DNA from: Chiloscyllium plagiosum
Taxonomy: Eukaryota
DNA: 64,000 nt
Reading direction: 5' to 3'
NCBI RefSeq assembly: GCF_004010195.1
Contig: NC_057752.1
Location: forward strand, 6,628,811 to 6,692,810
Under the pieces are notes generated by a model. The model made no database searches, was not told the DNA's origin, and saw only the letters and a program-made list of their open reading frames with translations. Positions 1 through 13,278 of the stretch are shown piece by piece; the first letter of the stretch is position 1, and each line of letters opens with the position of its first letter. The position numbers were made by a program, and so were the translations under genes.

Positions 1-48
1 TTTCACTATGTCTCGCTACACGTGACAATCAATTCAATTCAGTTCAAT
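1..48 (+). mobile_element. 3' end of a Rex1/Babar-like LINE
   Basis: tttcactatgtctcgctacacgtgacaat followed by a (caatt)n-like tail; resembles the reverse complement of the 3' end of the Rex1/Babar fragment at about 51045-51090. Confidence 0.45.
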
Positions 49-289
49 GGTTGCTCAATAAGTGTCTACTAGCAGTTGTAGCTTGAGTGAGTCATAGATT
101 TTATATGTAAATACAGTGTTTTCTATTGCTTAGTGTTGGGAACTTGGTGTAGAGATGGAAAGAAGTGATGCTTTTTAATCTTTTTGTTTAGCCTCGAGGA
201 ACGCAGAATATTCTTGTTTTCTTTCCAAGCTAGGGAACTGAAACTTTCCAATTAGTAAATCATAACTAATCAAAAAAATTAGCTAGACA

Positions 290-2300
290 GACATGGCAAG
301 GTGAGTAATGCGATGTGACTGCAACATGTGGGAGTTTGTGAAAGACATTGAAGTCCTAAATTACCGTATTTCCAATAAGTGTCTGCAGCTTAAGCAACTT
401 GACTCGCTTGCTGAGCTGGATGCAATACAGGATAAGTAGGGTGAGAATGAATAGGTACTTTGTTCCAGGACAGGTGGTTTATGTAGATTTTCATGTTGGT
501 TAATGGTCAGGGACAGGAGCATGTGACCTGAGAGTCAAGCAAGTATAGGGAATTCATCATGAAGCAATGGAAGAATCTTGGCCCTTGAAGCTATAACAGG
601 TACAAGATACTTGCTACCAATGTGAATGAGAACAAGGACTTGAGGATGGATGAGCAACCTGATTCTAATACTTTGGTGCAGGATGCAATGCAAGTGTGGT
701 AAGTGAGAAGAATTATGGTAGTCAGTCAGGAGGACAGTTCTGAAGCTTGTGTTATCTACCTAGTGCCAGGATTAAAGGCGTCATCTTATAATTGGCAATG
801 AACTTGGAATACAAGGGTGAAGATCCAACAATCATGGCCCGTATAGTAACCAGTGATGTGTGTAGTCCTAGGTATGCCATTATGCTTTGAGGAGTTAGGA
901 TGCATATTAACAGAACCTCCAAAGATTGGATGTGCCAACTGGCGTGTGGTAAAGCAAATTAGAGGGTTAAAAACATGGCTGAAAGAATGGTATGGAAGGG
1001 AGAGATTTTGGTTTGTGGCTTCCTTGCAGCAGTGTTTAGGGAGCTGTTCCTTTGGAATGGGGTCCTCTTCAACCTGACTGGAATCAGTGTCCTGGTGAAT
1101 CATAGAAATATGACCGTGGGATAGGGCTTTTAAAGTTGGGGTGAAAAGATGGGGTGGGAGGGTTCAGGTTGAGAGAGATGGAGAAATGTTAAGGCAATAG
1201 AAAAACGTAGCAGCACAGGACAGGCAAGAACTGAGTGCTTAATGGTAATAGAGCATCAGCAAATAAGGTTCAAACAAGAAAAGTGAATATGATTGCAAGA
1301 TGACCAAGATTAAACGAAAAGTGTTCAAAGGTGAATTCCATTCTGTCTTCGAAATGTTTTTTAAAAAAATGCAGAAGTAACCTGATAGTTCAGCATGATT
1401 TAAGGACATTAGTGAGAAGAAAATGGACCTTGGCTTGGATGATTAGTGGGTGGAGATGAGGAATGCCAAAGGTCAGGAAGTGTTGATGGGAGTGGTGTCC
1501 AGTGGATTCTGCAGGGACCAGTGTTGGGGTCTTTTCTGTTTGTAGGTTACATATAAACGATTTAGACTTGAATGCGAGATGGTGATCAGTAAATTCATGA
1601 ATGATAACAAAAATTGGTGGGGTTGCAAATAATGAGGAAGATAGCCTTAGATTACAGGAGGAAACAGAATGGTCAGGTGGGCTGATCAGTGGCAAATGGA
1701 ATTCAATCCAGATAAGTGTTTGGTGATGGCCTTGGGTAGGACAAACAAGGTGAGGGAGTGTATGATGGAATGGTAAGACCCTCTGAAGCACCGAGGACCA
1801 GAGGGACTTGAGTGTGCATGTCCACCAGTTCCTTAAGTTAACAGGATAGGTAGATAAAGCGGTCAAGAAGGCATGTGGTATATTTGCCTTTATTAACTGG
1901 AGTGCAGAATTTAAGAGCAGAAAGGTGATGCTGGAACTGTGTAAAATGTTGGTTAGGCCACAGCTAGAGTATTGTATGGAGTTCTGGAATCCACACAATA
2001 GGAGGGATGTGATTGCACTAGAGAGGGTGCAGGGGAAATTGACCAGGATGTTACCTGGGCGAGAGAGTTTCAGTTATGAAGAGAGTTTGGAAAAACTGAG
2101 ACAAAAACAGAAATTGCGATAGAAACTCAGCATGTCTGGACTCAATGCTTAAACTTAGTTTTCTCTCCACAGATGCTGCCAGACCTGCTGAGTTTCTCCA
2201 ACAATTTGTTTTTGTTTGTTTGTTTTTCAGATTTCCAGCATCTGCAATTCTTTATTTGATTTACTTGGATAGACTGGGTTTGTTTTCCTTGGAGCAGAGA
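290..2300 (+). mobile_element. Decayed CR1 LINE (ORF1 zinc finger/esterase remnants, large internal deletion, 3' RT region)
   Basis: ATGGCAAGG..CDCNMWEFV ORF1-type start; ORF 853-1077 (IRGLKTWLKEWYGRERF, esterase-like); RT C-terminal MLVRPQLEYCMEFWNPHNRRDVIALERVQ at 1925-2122. Confidence 0.8.
2093..2262. mobile_element. Mini inverted-repeat derivative of a Penelope-like element, inserted in CR1
   Basis: aaacagaaattgc..gaaactcagcatgtctgg is inverted relative to ccagacctgctgagtttctcc..aatttgttttt; ends in the PLE tail tttccagcatctgca; CR1 sequence resumes after it (ttggatagactggg). Confidence 0.55.
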
Positions 2301-2449
2301 AAAAGTGTCCTAATTTGTGAGCAAGTCAACTCTAGTCAAGGCGTTGCCATAGAGAGTCTGCCAGGGAACTTTTGTCCCCCACTCTCGTTTAATTAAAACA
2401 GACAAAAGACATCAATAACATGTCTGTTTTTTAATACACCAATTCTGTA

Positions 2450-2670
2450 CAGGTCATTCCACTAAAACATGCGTTTCATCAACGCAAGTTCACTGTAAAG
2501 CAATTGACTAATAGGAGATGCTGTTTCAAAGTGCGAACTTTTAAAATGTGTTTTGGCTACAGCACAATAACATCACTAACACTTTTTAAAATGCTATTTG
2601 TGTCGTGCGATTCTTGTATAGCACAGGTTTGCACAGGATTGGAACTATCGCGTTCTGGAAGAACTATCTG
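2450..2670. mobile_element. Tc1/mariner-Tigger-type MITE
   Basis: TA|CAGGTCATTCC ... GAACTATCTG|TA: degenerate TIRs starting CAG, TA flanks on both sides, about 220 bp, no ORF. Confidence 0.5.
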
Positions 2671-3827
2671 TAGTACCAAATAAGTGTTCATGCAAGATTA
2701 GGTAGCCTTGGGATGCCTTTGAGAATGGCAGACTCGAATCTAAGGATGGTGAGTTGAAAAGAGTAAAGTGCATTCAGTGTGAATTATTATTAATATTATT
2801 ATTACTCTTTTTCAGTTTTTGTCAACGTTACTTTAGTTCACATTGTGGTTATGTTAGTTCTCATCAATCCACTGGCTCAGCATTAAAAGGAATAAATTGG
2901 GATTTGGCTGTAAAATTTACTTCTACTTTTCAAAATGTATCTGTTCCAGTTTTTCCTGTAATTTTCCTTTTCTCACTGGTCATCATTCCATGGGGCAGCA
3001 CTTCTTGCAGCTCACCAAATGATTCTTTGATTTCTTCCTCAGGACCTTTAAACGCTGGTTCCTTAACCTCCCAGAATCTTTTATCTTGCTGCAACTAACA
3101 TGCTTTTAAATCCGAAGTATGGAATCACCTAATTACCTTTTTCTGAATCAACTTGCTCTCTTATGCTGTGATAATTTAGCCAAGTAAAAGATATTTTTCA
3201 AAACCAGTTTATATTGTGTGCACCACATTTCATGCAAACTTTTCATATTAATTCTAATATGCAACTGAATTGATTTTATTGTTTTCCTTGTTTATCACTT
3301 TAAAACAGAGAACTGGTGTTCTGCACTCCAAGCACACAGATACAAGTAGTTGGGAATACTGTATGATTGGGTTAGAAATTCTTGATAATAAAAGTGAGTT
3401 GAAGGGATATGATGCATTGGATTCACTCAAGGGGAATGACTGGAACCGGTTAAACCATTGGAATCTATTTTAATGGAGGTGACAAGAAGTGCTTGGTCCA
3501 ATGGAATGTGCTTACAAATTGAGTAAATGGAGGTGTTTTGGTTCTTTGGAATTTGATTACAGTGGGAGAACATGGGAAGGGATTTGGTCCATGAGAGAGT
3601 GCTACACAACAAACTGCAGGGAAAAATTATGTAGCCAGTGTAGTCAAGTGCTTGACTACTCCTTTACGATGTGGGTAAATGAAATTTCAAATCAGATATC
3701 TAACAAAATTGAAAAATGTGAATTTTTTTTTAAAAAGTGTTTGGACTTCAGTTAAATTAGTCACTTGTCTCCAGTAGAGATCCCAAAATTGGGCTTGGTA
3801 TCTCCTGGACTAAGATGAAAAGCCTAG

Positions 3828-5660
3828 CATAGAGTCATAGAGATGTACAGCGTGGAAACAGACCCTTCGGTCCAACATGTCCACGCCGGCCAGATATCCC
3901 AACCCAATCTAGTCCCACCTGCCAGCACCCGGCCCATATCCCTCCAAACCCTTCCTATTCATATACCCATCCAAATGCCTCTTAAATGTTGCAATTGTAC
4001 CAGCCTCCACCACATCCTCTGGCAGCTCATTCCATACACGTAGCACCCTCTGCGTGAAAAAGTTGCCCCTTAGGTATCTTTTATATCTTTCCCCTCTCAC
4101 CCTAAACCTATGGCCTCTAGTTCTGGACTCCCCAATTCCAGGGAAAATACTTTGTCGATTTATCCTCTCTATGCCCCTCATCATTTTGTAAACCTCTATA
4201 AGGTCACCCCTCAGCCTCTGACACTCCAGGGAAAACAGCCCAAGCCTGTTCAGCCTCTACCTATAGCTCAAATTCTCCAACCCTGGCAACATCCTTGTAA
4301 ATCTTTTATGAACCCTTTCAAGTTTCCCAACATCTTTCCGATAGAAAGGAGACCAGAATTGCACGCAATATTCCAACAGTGGCCTAACCAATGTCCTGTA
4401 CAGCCGCAACATGACCTCCCAATCCCTGTACTCAATACTCTGACCAATAAAAGAAAGCATACCAAAAGCCGCCTTCACTATCTTATCTACCTGCGACTCC
4501 ACTTTCAAGGAGCTATGAACCTGCACTCCAAGGTCTCGTTGTTCAGCAACACTCCCTAGGACCCTACCATTAAGTATATAAATCCCGCTAAGATTTGCTT
4601 TCCCAAAATGCAGCACCCCGCATTTATCTGAATTAAACTCCATCTGCCACTTCTCAGCCCATTGGCCCATCTAGTCCAGATCCTGTTGTAATCTGAGGTA
4701 ACCCTCTTTGCTGTCCACTACACCTCCAATTTTGGTGTCATCTGCAAACTTACTAACTGTACCTCTTATGCTCGCATCCAAATCATTTATGTAAATGACA
4801 AAAAGTAGAAGGCCCAGTACTGATCCTTGTGGCACTCCACTGGTCACAGGCTTCCAGTCTGAAAAACAACCCTCCACCACCACCCTCTGTCTTCTACCTT
4901 TGAGCCAGTTCTGAATCCAAATGAGATTCCATGAGATCTAACCTTGCTAATCAGTCTCCCATGTGGAACCTTGTCGAACGCCTTACTGAAGTCCATATAG
5001 ATCACATCTACTGCTCTGCCCTCATCAATCNNNNNNNNNNNNNNNNNNNNNNNNNNNNNNNNNNNNNNNNNNNNNNNNNNNNNNNNNNNNNNNNNNNNNN
5101 NNNNNNNNNNNNNNNNNNNNNNNNNNNNNNNNNNNNNNNNNNNNNNNNNNNNNNNNNNNNNNNNNNNNNNNNNNNNNNNNNNNNNNNNNNNNNNNNNNNN
5201 NNNNNNNNNNNNNNNNNNNNNNNNNNCACCATCTATTTCCCTACAGTCTGTATCTTCCATATCCTTTTCCACAGTAAATATTCATTTACTGATGCAAAAT
5301 ATTCATTTAGTATCTCCCCATTTTCTGTGGCTCCACACAAAGGCCGCCTTGCTGATCTTTGAGGGGCCCTATTCTCTCCCTAGTTACCCTTTTGTCCTTA
5401 ATATATTTGTAAAAACCCTTTGGATTCTCCTTAATTCTATTTGCCAACGCTATCTCATGTCCCCTTTTTGCCCTCCTGATTTCCCACTTAAGTCTATTCC
5501 TACTTCCGTTATACTTTTCTAAGGATTCACTTGATCTATCCTGTCTATACCTGGAATATGCTTCTTTCTTTTTCTTAACCAAACCCTCAATTTCTTTAGT
5601 CATCCAGCATTCCCTATACCTACCAACCTTCCTTTTCACCCTGACAGGAATATACTTTCT
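3828..5660 (-). mobile_element. 5'-truncated CR1 (HER1-like) LINE, ORF2 RT region
   Basis: Minus ORFs with [30 protein letters not shown] and LVRPLLEYCVQFW; CR1 3' tail; CTAGCA at both flanks (3824-3829, 5659-5664) is a probable TSD; spans an N gap. Confidence 0.93.
5031..5226. other. Assembly gap (196 N)
   Basis: Run of N. Confidence 1.
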
Positions 5661-5916
5661 AGCAGTGACCAAAGTTCCAAAAACTGCACATGGATATTTA
5701 CTGAGAACAGGATTGTAGTTTTGTGTTATCTCCTGTGGTCAATATTAAATGTGTGTAGATTGGTGGGCATCAAACCTGGAATTTGCTTGTGTTCCTGTAA
5801 GAATGAACAGACTATCAGATTCACTGTGGTTAGTAGGTTAAAATGTTTGGAATGCGTATCTCGAAATAAAAACTTACAAAAGCAAGTAAAGATTGCTATC
5901 TATCACCTGGCCGTCA

Positions 5917-6176
5917 CTCTCACCCGGGCCTGCAGAGGCCGACCGGACCGCCCATTTTAATTCCCGCTCCCACTCCCTTTCCGACATGACCATCCTTGGC
6001 CTCCTCCTTTGCCACAGTGAATCAGACTGCAAATTGGAGGAACACCACCTCATCTTCTGCAGGGGCAGCCTACAGCGTGGAGGAATCAACTTTTGAGTTC
6101 TCCAATTTCAAATAACCTCCCTTCCCCCACCGTTCCACTCCTCCCTACCACCAACCAGATTGATTCCTCCCATTGA
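5917..6176 (+). mobile_element. PLE 3' fragment (GIY-YIG C-terminus/pLTR), left half; interrupted by the CR1 at 6177
   Basis: AHFNSRSHSLSDMTILGLLLCHSESDCKLEEHHLIF matches the C-terminus of the other PLE ORFs; the sequence continues at 15177. Confidence 0.8.
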
Positions 6177-9100
6177 GGATTCTGGGTAATCCAAGATGGA
6201 GGACAGGAAAAAGTTGTGGCTGTAAGAGCTGCTCCTTTTCTGAGATATTTTAGGTATTGGAGGTGATTTCCTTTAATTCCAGGAGCAGCAATTACTGTTT
6301 TATGTGCTGTTGCATCGTTTTGGAACTTTGGAGGAGAAAAAAATGTCAAAACAACAGCACTTTTAAGAGGGAGAAGGACAGACAAAGATAGCACATGGTC
6401 AGTGAAGGAGAGAGAGAAAGAAACCTGCTAAATTACACAACAGTGAATCTGCACAGTTCCTGCCTTTGCTGTTTGAATTCATGTATCTCTGGACATCTTA
6501 GTGCATCTAGGAAAACTTAACAAAACGGCAAAATTCACAGCTGATCTTGGAGGAACCTGTGTAGGAGAACTCACAGCGCAGGAACAGATAAGTGCATAGT
6601 TTTAAGTGTAGCTTTGTTGTAAATCTACAATAGGAAGTAGATTGGGTTTTTTCTTGATTATATGTTTTATTGAGATCTGTCTCTTGATTAAATTTTAAAA
6701 ATATAAGTCATAAGTCTTAAGTTAGCCTGGAGCAGTGTTTTTTTTAAGAGCAATAAGACGGTACTATTTTCTGGCTTTGTAGATTGTGAAGAAGCAAGAT
6801 GGCCTTTTGTAGAATGATATGCTTTTTTTGTCAGATGTTGAAGTTTAGGGAGAGTTTAAATGTTACTGAGGATTAGGTTTGCAGAAAACGTCATTGGTTG
6901 CGAATCCTATCGGATCGAATGGATCAGTTGGAGCGACAGTTCGAGGCAATGAGGAATTTACAGGAGCTAGCGGGTGTGATGGATGGCAGTTATGGGAAGG
7001 AAGAAAAGCCGCAGATACGGACAGGTTAACTCCAGGAAAGGTAGGAGAGGTAGGCAGGTAGTGCATGAGTCTTCTGTGGTTATCCCCATTTCAAATAAGG
7101 ATTTTGTCTTATAAAATGTCTTGGTGATGGATTCTCAGGGGAATGTAGCACAAACAGCCAGGTTTCTGGTATTGAGATGGGCTCTGAAGTAATAAGGGGT
7201 ATGTATGGTTCCAAGCAATTGATTTGTGATAGGTTACTCTCTAGTCAGAGGCATAGACAGATGTTTCTGCAGCCAGCAGCGAAAAATCAGAATGGTGTGT
7301 TGCCTCCCTGATGCCAAGATTAAGGAATCCCTCAGAGAAGGTGCAGAATGCCCTCAAAGGGGAGAGGGACCAGCCTAGGTCATTGGTTCAAATGTCCGTA
7401 ATGACATAGGAAGAGAAAAATTAAAAATCTCACAACACCAGGTTATAGTCCAACAGGTTTAATTGGAAGCACACTAGTTTTCGGAGCGTCGCTCCTTCAG
7501 GTGGTAGCTGAGAGCTCAATCCTAACACACAGAATTTATAGCAAAAATTTACAGTGTGATGTAACTGAAATTATACATTGAAAAATTGATTGCTAAGCCT
7601 TTCATCTGTTAGAATACCGTGATAGTTTCACTTCTTTCATGTGTAAATCACAAAACTTCTTTTTAAAAAGTTGCATTCTCGGGTTAGCTGTTAACAATGG
7701 TGATAGCTAGACAATATTTTGAAGATGTTGGCCCCCTGTGTTCTCTGTCTATGCCATGATGTTTAGATTGATTCTAATCTAAAAAGTGAGATAACGGAGT
7801 TTTACATGAATTCATGCAGTTTTTGAGCGAAGTGCAATGTAACTCTGCAAGTACAAATTCACCCCACAAAATGTGTGTGTGTGTGTGCCTGGTATGGGTA
7901 CCGAACGTAGCTATCAACTTCTGCTCAGCCACTTTTCTCTGCTGCCTGTCCCGAAGTCCACCTTGGAGGATGGTCACCCGAAGGTCCGAGGCTGAATGTC
8001 CTGGACCACTGAAGTGTTCCCCAACTGGGAGGGAACCCTCCTGTCTGTTGATTTGTTGTGCGGTGCCCATTCATCCGTTGTCGTAGCCCTTGCTAGGTTT
8101 CCCCAGTGTACCATGCCTCCGGGCATCCTTGCCTGCAACGTATAAGATAGACAACGTTGGCTGAGTCATATGAGTACCTGCCATGTACAAGGTGGGAGGT
8201 GTCCCCATGTGTAATTGTGATATCTACGTCCACACTCGTCTTGCAGCGCCTACCGTGACAGGGTTGTAATGAGTTGTCCTGAGAGCTGGACAGCTTGCTA
8301 CGAGCAACGATCTGTTTGAGGTTTGGCGGTTGTTTAAAGGCAAGTAGTGGAGGTGTGGGGAAGGTCTTGGTGAGGTGCTCATCCTCATTGATAATGTGTT
8401 GCAGGTCACGAAGAACATGGCGGAATCTTTCAGCTCCCGTGAAATACTGAACAACGAAGAGTACCCTGTCAGTTGCAGCACGTGTCTGTCTCCTGAGGAG
8501 GTCATTACGGTTCCTTGCTGTGACACGTCGAAACTGGCGGTCGATGAGTTGGGCATTGTACCCCGTTCTTGTGAAGGCATCCCTGAGTACTTCCAGGTGT
8601 CTGTCACGTTCCTCCTCCTCTGAGCAGATCCGGTGTTCGGGTAGGGCTTGTCCATACGGAATGACTGTTTTAATATGTTTTGGGTGGAAGCTGGAGAAGT
8701 GTAGCATTGTAAGGTTGTCTGTGGGTTTGCGGTAGAGTGTGGTGCTGAGGTGTCCATCCTTGATGGAGATGCATGTGTCCAAGAATGAGACAGATAGTCG
8801 AGAGTAGTCCATGGTGAGGTTGATGGTGGGATGAAACTTGTTGATGTCACTGTCGTTTTGTCAGTGACTCCTCGCCATGGGTCCAGAGGAAGAAAATGTT
8901 GTCAATGTACCTGGTGTATAATGTTGGTTGGGATCCTGCATAGAGAAGAAGTCTTGTTCGAACCTGTGCATAAAAATGTTGGCATATTGGGGTGCAAATT
9001 TGGTCCCGATGGCTGTCTTGTGTGTCTGGATGAAGAACTGGTTGTCAAAGGTGAAGACGTTGTGATCAAGGATAAAGCTGATGAGTAGTGTCGCGACAAA

Positions 9101-10374
9101 AGCTTGGGATCCCCTGTAAAATAGGTTTCAAGATGCCATCAACACAGCCGGAGAGATTGTCATACAGGGTCCCATTGCCTGATACAATGGAACTTCCTGG
9201 TGTGTTGGCTTTGTGTACCTTTGGAAGGCAGTAGAAGTCACCTACACGAGAAGTACGTGGGATGAAGGCGCTTAGGGAACTCTGAAGGACTGGATCCAAA
9301 GTTCTGATCAGTGTGTTTAATTCACTGGTGTGGTCTTTGATCGGATCAGCTGGTAGTTGCCTGTAGTATTCCTGGTTGTTCAGTTGTCGGTACACTTCCT
9401 TGCAGTAATCTGTTCTATTCTGAATGACAATGGCTCCTCCTTTATCTGCTGGTTTGATGACAATGTTGTGATTGGTTTTGAGAGCCTGGATGGCATTGCG
9501 TTCTGAACATGTGATGTTTAGCTCTACCTTGTGGGTACGGCTGATGAATCTGGTATTTATATATTTCCTGACTGTTTGAGCATACATGTCAAGCCCAGGG
9601 CAGCGGCCCTCTGGTGGGGTCCAAGTTGACACCTTTGGTCACTCCTCTACAGATCCCTGTGATGACAGTTCCAGTTAATCAGTGGGCTCATTGGGATCAC
9701 TGCTGGCACCTTGAAAGAATTCCCGGAGTCTCATTTGTCTGATGAACTCCTTCGTGTCTGCTGCCAGAACCAACGGGTTCATTTTGGTGGTGGGGCAGAA
9801 GTTGAGACCCCTACTCAGGACTTCAATCTCTTCCGGTCGAAGGGTGTGGTCCGATAAGTTGATAATAGACTTCCCCGCAGTGATAATGTTGTCTACTGTG
9901 GTTCCAGGGTGGTCTTTGCTATTACTGGTGAGAATGCCAAGTTTCTCCAGTTTTTTTGTTCTTGGTGTGCATGTACATGGTGTAGTTTTGTCGCCTTGTC
10001 TGTTTGGCAATGTCGCATAATTGTACTGATGTATCCTGAGTGCAGGCTGAGAGTGTGGACTCCATCTGAATTTCAAGGTGTGGCGCCTGCTGCAGTGTTG
10101 GTACTTGAGATGATTGAGGAGTTTATGAGAGGTGCGGTGGCAAAGTCTCTCTGCGGAGTCTGTGTTGTAGGTCGACTTAAGTGGGTTCGTGATCCATAAT
10201 CCTTTTGGGATCTTTCCTGCTTGCCTGCATTCCTGTAGAAACTTGATGTCTGTGTTGATATGTACGGTCTTCTTGGAGATCCTCTCCACTTTAAGCTGGC
10301 GGTTAATGGTGTTGATAGTAGTCATGATTTGGAGATGCCGGTGTTGGGGTGTACAAAGTTAAAAATCACACCAC

Positions 10375-10520
10375 GCACACGCACACAGACAGACAAAGAC
10401 CCACATGTGCACACACACAGACAGACAGACAAAGACCCACATGCACACACACACACAGACAGACAGACAAAGACCCACATACATACACACACACACACAG
10501 ACAAAGACCCACATGCACAC
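10375..10520 (+). repeat. CA-rich minisatellite (about 4 units of acagacaaagacccacat(g)cacacac)
   Basis: Tandem units visible directly inside the PLE inverted repeat. Confidence 0.85.
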
Positions 10521-10890
10521 ATTTTTTTGGGTGAATTTGTACTTACAGGGTTACATTGTACTTTACTCAAAAACTGCATGCATTCATGTAGAACTCCATT
10601 ATCTCACTGATTCTATTCTAAAAAATCTAAACATCATGGCATAGACAGAGAACACAGGGGGCCAACACCTTCAACATATTGTCTAGCTATCACTATTGTT
10701 AACAGCTAACCCGAGAATGCAACTTTTTAAAAAAAGGTTTGTAATTTACATATGAAAGAAGTGAAACTATCACGGTATTCTAACAGATGAAAGGCTTAAC
10801 AGGCAATCAATTTTTCAATGTATAATTTCAGTTACATCGCACTGTAAATTTTTGCTATAAATTCTGTGTTAGGATTGAGCCTTCCGCTAC

Positions 10891-10925
10891 CACCTGAGGA
10901 AGGAGCGAAGCACCGAAAGCTAGTG
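10891..10925 (+). ncRNA. Minimal type I hammerhead ribozyme motif in a pLTR
   Basis: cac-CTGAGGA-aGGAGC-gaa-GCACC-GAAA-gCTA-gtg: core CUGANGA/GAAA, stem II with one mismatch, stem I cac/gtg, palindromic AGCU at stem III. Confidence 0.7.
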
Positions 10926-12961
10926 TGCTTCCAAGTAAACCTGTTGGACTATAACCTGGTGTTGTGTGATTTTTAACTTTGTACACCCCAGTCCAACACC
11001 GGCATCTCCAAATTAGGAAGAGAAAAGGATGAGATTTTGAAGGTAGAATATAGAAAGTTCAGCAGGAATTTAAACGAGGTCCTCGAGGATAGTAATATCT
11101 GGATTGTTCTCTGTGCTACGAGTTGGTGAGGGTAGGAATAGGAGGATAGAGCAGATGAATGTGTGGCTGAGGAGCTGGTGCATGGGAGAAGGGTTCACAT
11201 TTTTGGATCATTGAAATCTCTTCTGGAGTAGCAGTGACTTGAACAAGAAGGATGGATTGCACCTGAATTGGAAGGGGACTAATATACTGGCAGGGAGATT
11301 TACTAGAGCTGCTCTGGAGGATTTAAACTAGTATGCTGGAAGGTTGGGACCCAGGGAGGTAGTGAGGAAAGACATCAATCTGAGACTGGTACAGTTGAGA
11401 ACAAAGGCAAGTCAAACAGTCAGGGCAGGCAGGGACAAAGCAGAGAACAAGGTAGGACTGATAAATTAAACTGCATATATTTCAATGCAAGGGGCCTAAC
11501 GGGGAAGGCGGATGAACTCAGGGCATGGTGAGGAACATGGGACTGGGATATCAAAGCAATTACAGAAACATGGCTCAGGGATGGGCAGGACTGGCAGCTT
11601 GATGTTCCAGGATACAAATGCTGCAGGAAGGATAGAAAGAGAGGAGGGGGAATGACGGTTTTGATAAGGAATAACATTACAGCTGTACTTAAGGAGGATA
11701 GTTCTGGGAATACATCCAGCAAAGTTATTTGGCTAGAACTGAGCAATGAGAAAGGATGATCACCTTTATTGGAATTGTATTTTCAACCCCCTAACAGTCA
11801 GAGTCAAATTGAGAAACATTTGTAAGTAGATCTCAGCTATCTGCAAGAATAATAGGGTGGTCATGGTCGGGGATGTTAACTTTCCAAACATAGTCTGGGA
11901 CTGCCATTATGTTGAGGGTTTAGATGGCAAGGAATTTGTTAAGTGTGTACAAGAAAATTTTCTGATTCAGGATGTGGATGTACCTACTAGAGAAGGTGCA
12001 AAACTTGACCTACTCTTGGGAAATGAGGCAGAGCAGGTGACTGAGATCTCAGTAGGGGGAGCACTTTGGGGCCAGCGACCATAATTCTATTAGATTTAAA
12101 ATAGTAATGGAAAAGGATAGACCAGATCTAAAAGTTGAAGTTCTAAATTGGAGGAAGGCCAATTTTGACGGTATTAGGCAAGAACTTTTAAAAGCTGATT
12201 GGAGGCAGATGTTCGCAGGTAAAGGGATGGCTGGAAAATGGGAAGCCTTCAGAAATGAGATAACAAGAGTCCAGACACAGTATATTCCTGTCAGGGTGAA
12301 AGGAAAGGCTGGTAGGTGTAGGGATGACGAGAGACTTTGAGGTTTTGGTCAAGAAAAAGAAGGAAGCATACGTCACATATAGACTGAGATCGAATGAATC
12401 CTTAAGAGTATTAAGGCAGAAGGAGTATACTTAAGAGGGACATCAGGAGGGCAAAAAGGGGACGTGAGATAGCTTTGACAAGTAGAGTTAAGGAGAATCC
12501 AAAGGATATTTATAAAAACATTAAGGACAAAAGGATAACTAGGGAGAGAATAGGGCCCCTCAAAGATCAGTAAGGCAGCCTATGTGTGGAACCTCAGGAG
12601 ATGGGGGAGATACTAAATGAGTATTTTGCATCAGTGTTTACTGTGGAAGATATAGAATGTGGGGAAATAGATGGTGACATCTTGAAAAATGTCCATATTA
12701 CAGAGGAGGAAGTGCTGGATGTCTTGAAACCCATAAAAGTGGATAAATCCCCAAGCCCTGATCAGGTGTACCCTCAAACTCTGTGGGAAGCTAAGGAAAT
12801 GATGGCTGGGCCCCTTGCTAGGATATTTGTGTCATCAATAGTCAGAAGTGAGGTGCTGGAAGACTGGAGGTTGGCTAACATCGTGCTACTATTTAAGAAA
12901 GGTGGTAAGGACAAGCTAGGGAACTATAGACCAGTGAGCCTGACACTGGTGGTGGACAAAT

Positions 12962-13278
12962 TGATTTAATTTGATTAGATTAGATTATATTAGATTCCCT
13001 ACAGTGTGGAAACAAGTCCATACCGACCCTCCAAAGAGTAACCCGCCCAGAGACCCATTTCCTTCTGACTAAACACCTAACCCTATGGGCAATTTAGCAT
13101 GGCCAATTCACTTGACCTGCACATCTGAGGGAGGGAACTGGAGCACCCGGAGGAAACCCACGCAGACACAGGGAGACTGTGCAAACTCCATACAGACAGT
13201 TTCCCAAGGCTGGAATCGAACCTGGGTCCCTGGTGCTGTGAGGCAGCAGTGCTAACCACGGAGGCACCGTGCCGCCCC
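12962..13278 (-). mobile_element. HE1-type tRNA-derived V-SINE inserted in CR1 ORF2
   Basis: Reverse strand begins ggggcggcacggtg..ggttagcactgctgcctcacag, has B box ggttcgattcc, central ctgtatggagtttgcac domain and a (taatc)n tail; CR1 resumes at aagttgttggagggaatcc. Confidence 0.9.

Larger units (their letters stand above)
7420..11013 (-). mobile_element. Near full-length Penelope-like element (Neptune-type RT + GIY-YIG) with inverted pLTRs
   Basis: Frameshifted minus ORF from ATG 10325 to about 7890: IVIKPADKGGAIVI, FYCLPKVHK, RYIDNIF, SFLD, LYRKPTD, PCHGRRCKT, VVYLIRCRQGCPEAWYTGET. 7421-7887 is an inverted copy of about 10510-10976. TSD TAGGAAGAGAAAA at 7407-7419 and 11014-11026. Confidence 0.95.

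Noticed and set aside
2933..3095. Minus-strand reading QQDKRFWEVKEPAFKGPEEEIKESFGELQEV..* as a terminal exon
   Set aside because: Weak acceptor, no recognisable homology, no supporting neighbouring exons.
10375..10520. Regularly spaced repeats resembling a CRISPR array
   Set aside because: Eukaryotic CA-rich minisatellite inside a pLTR; no unique spacers and no cas genes.
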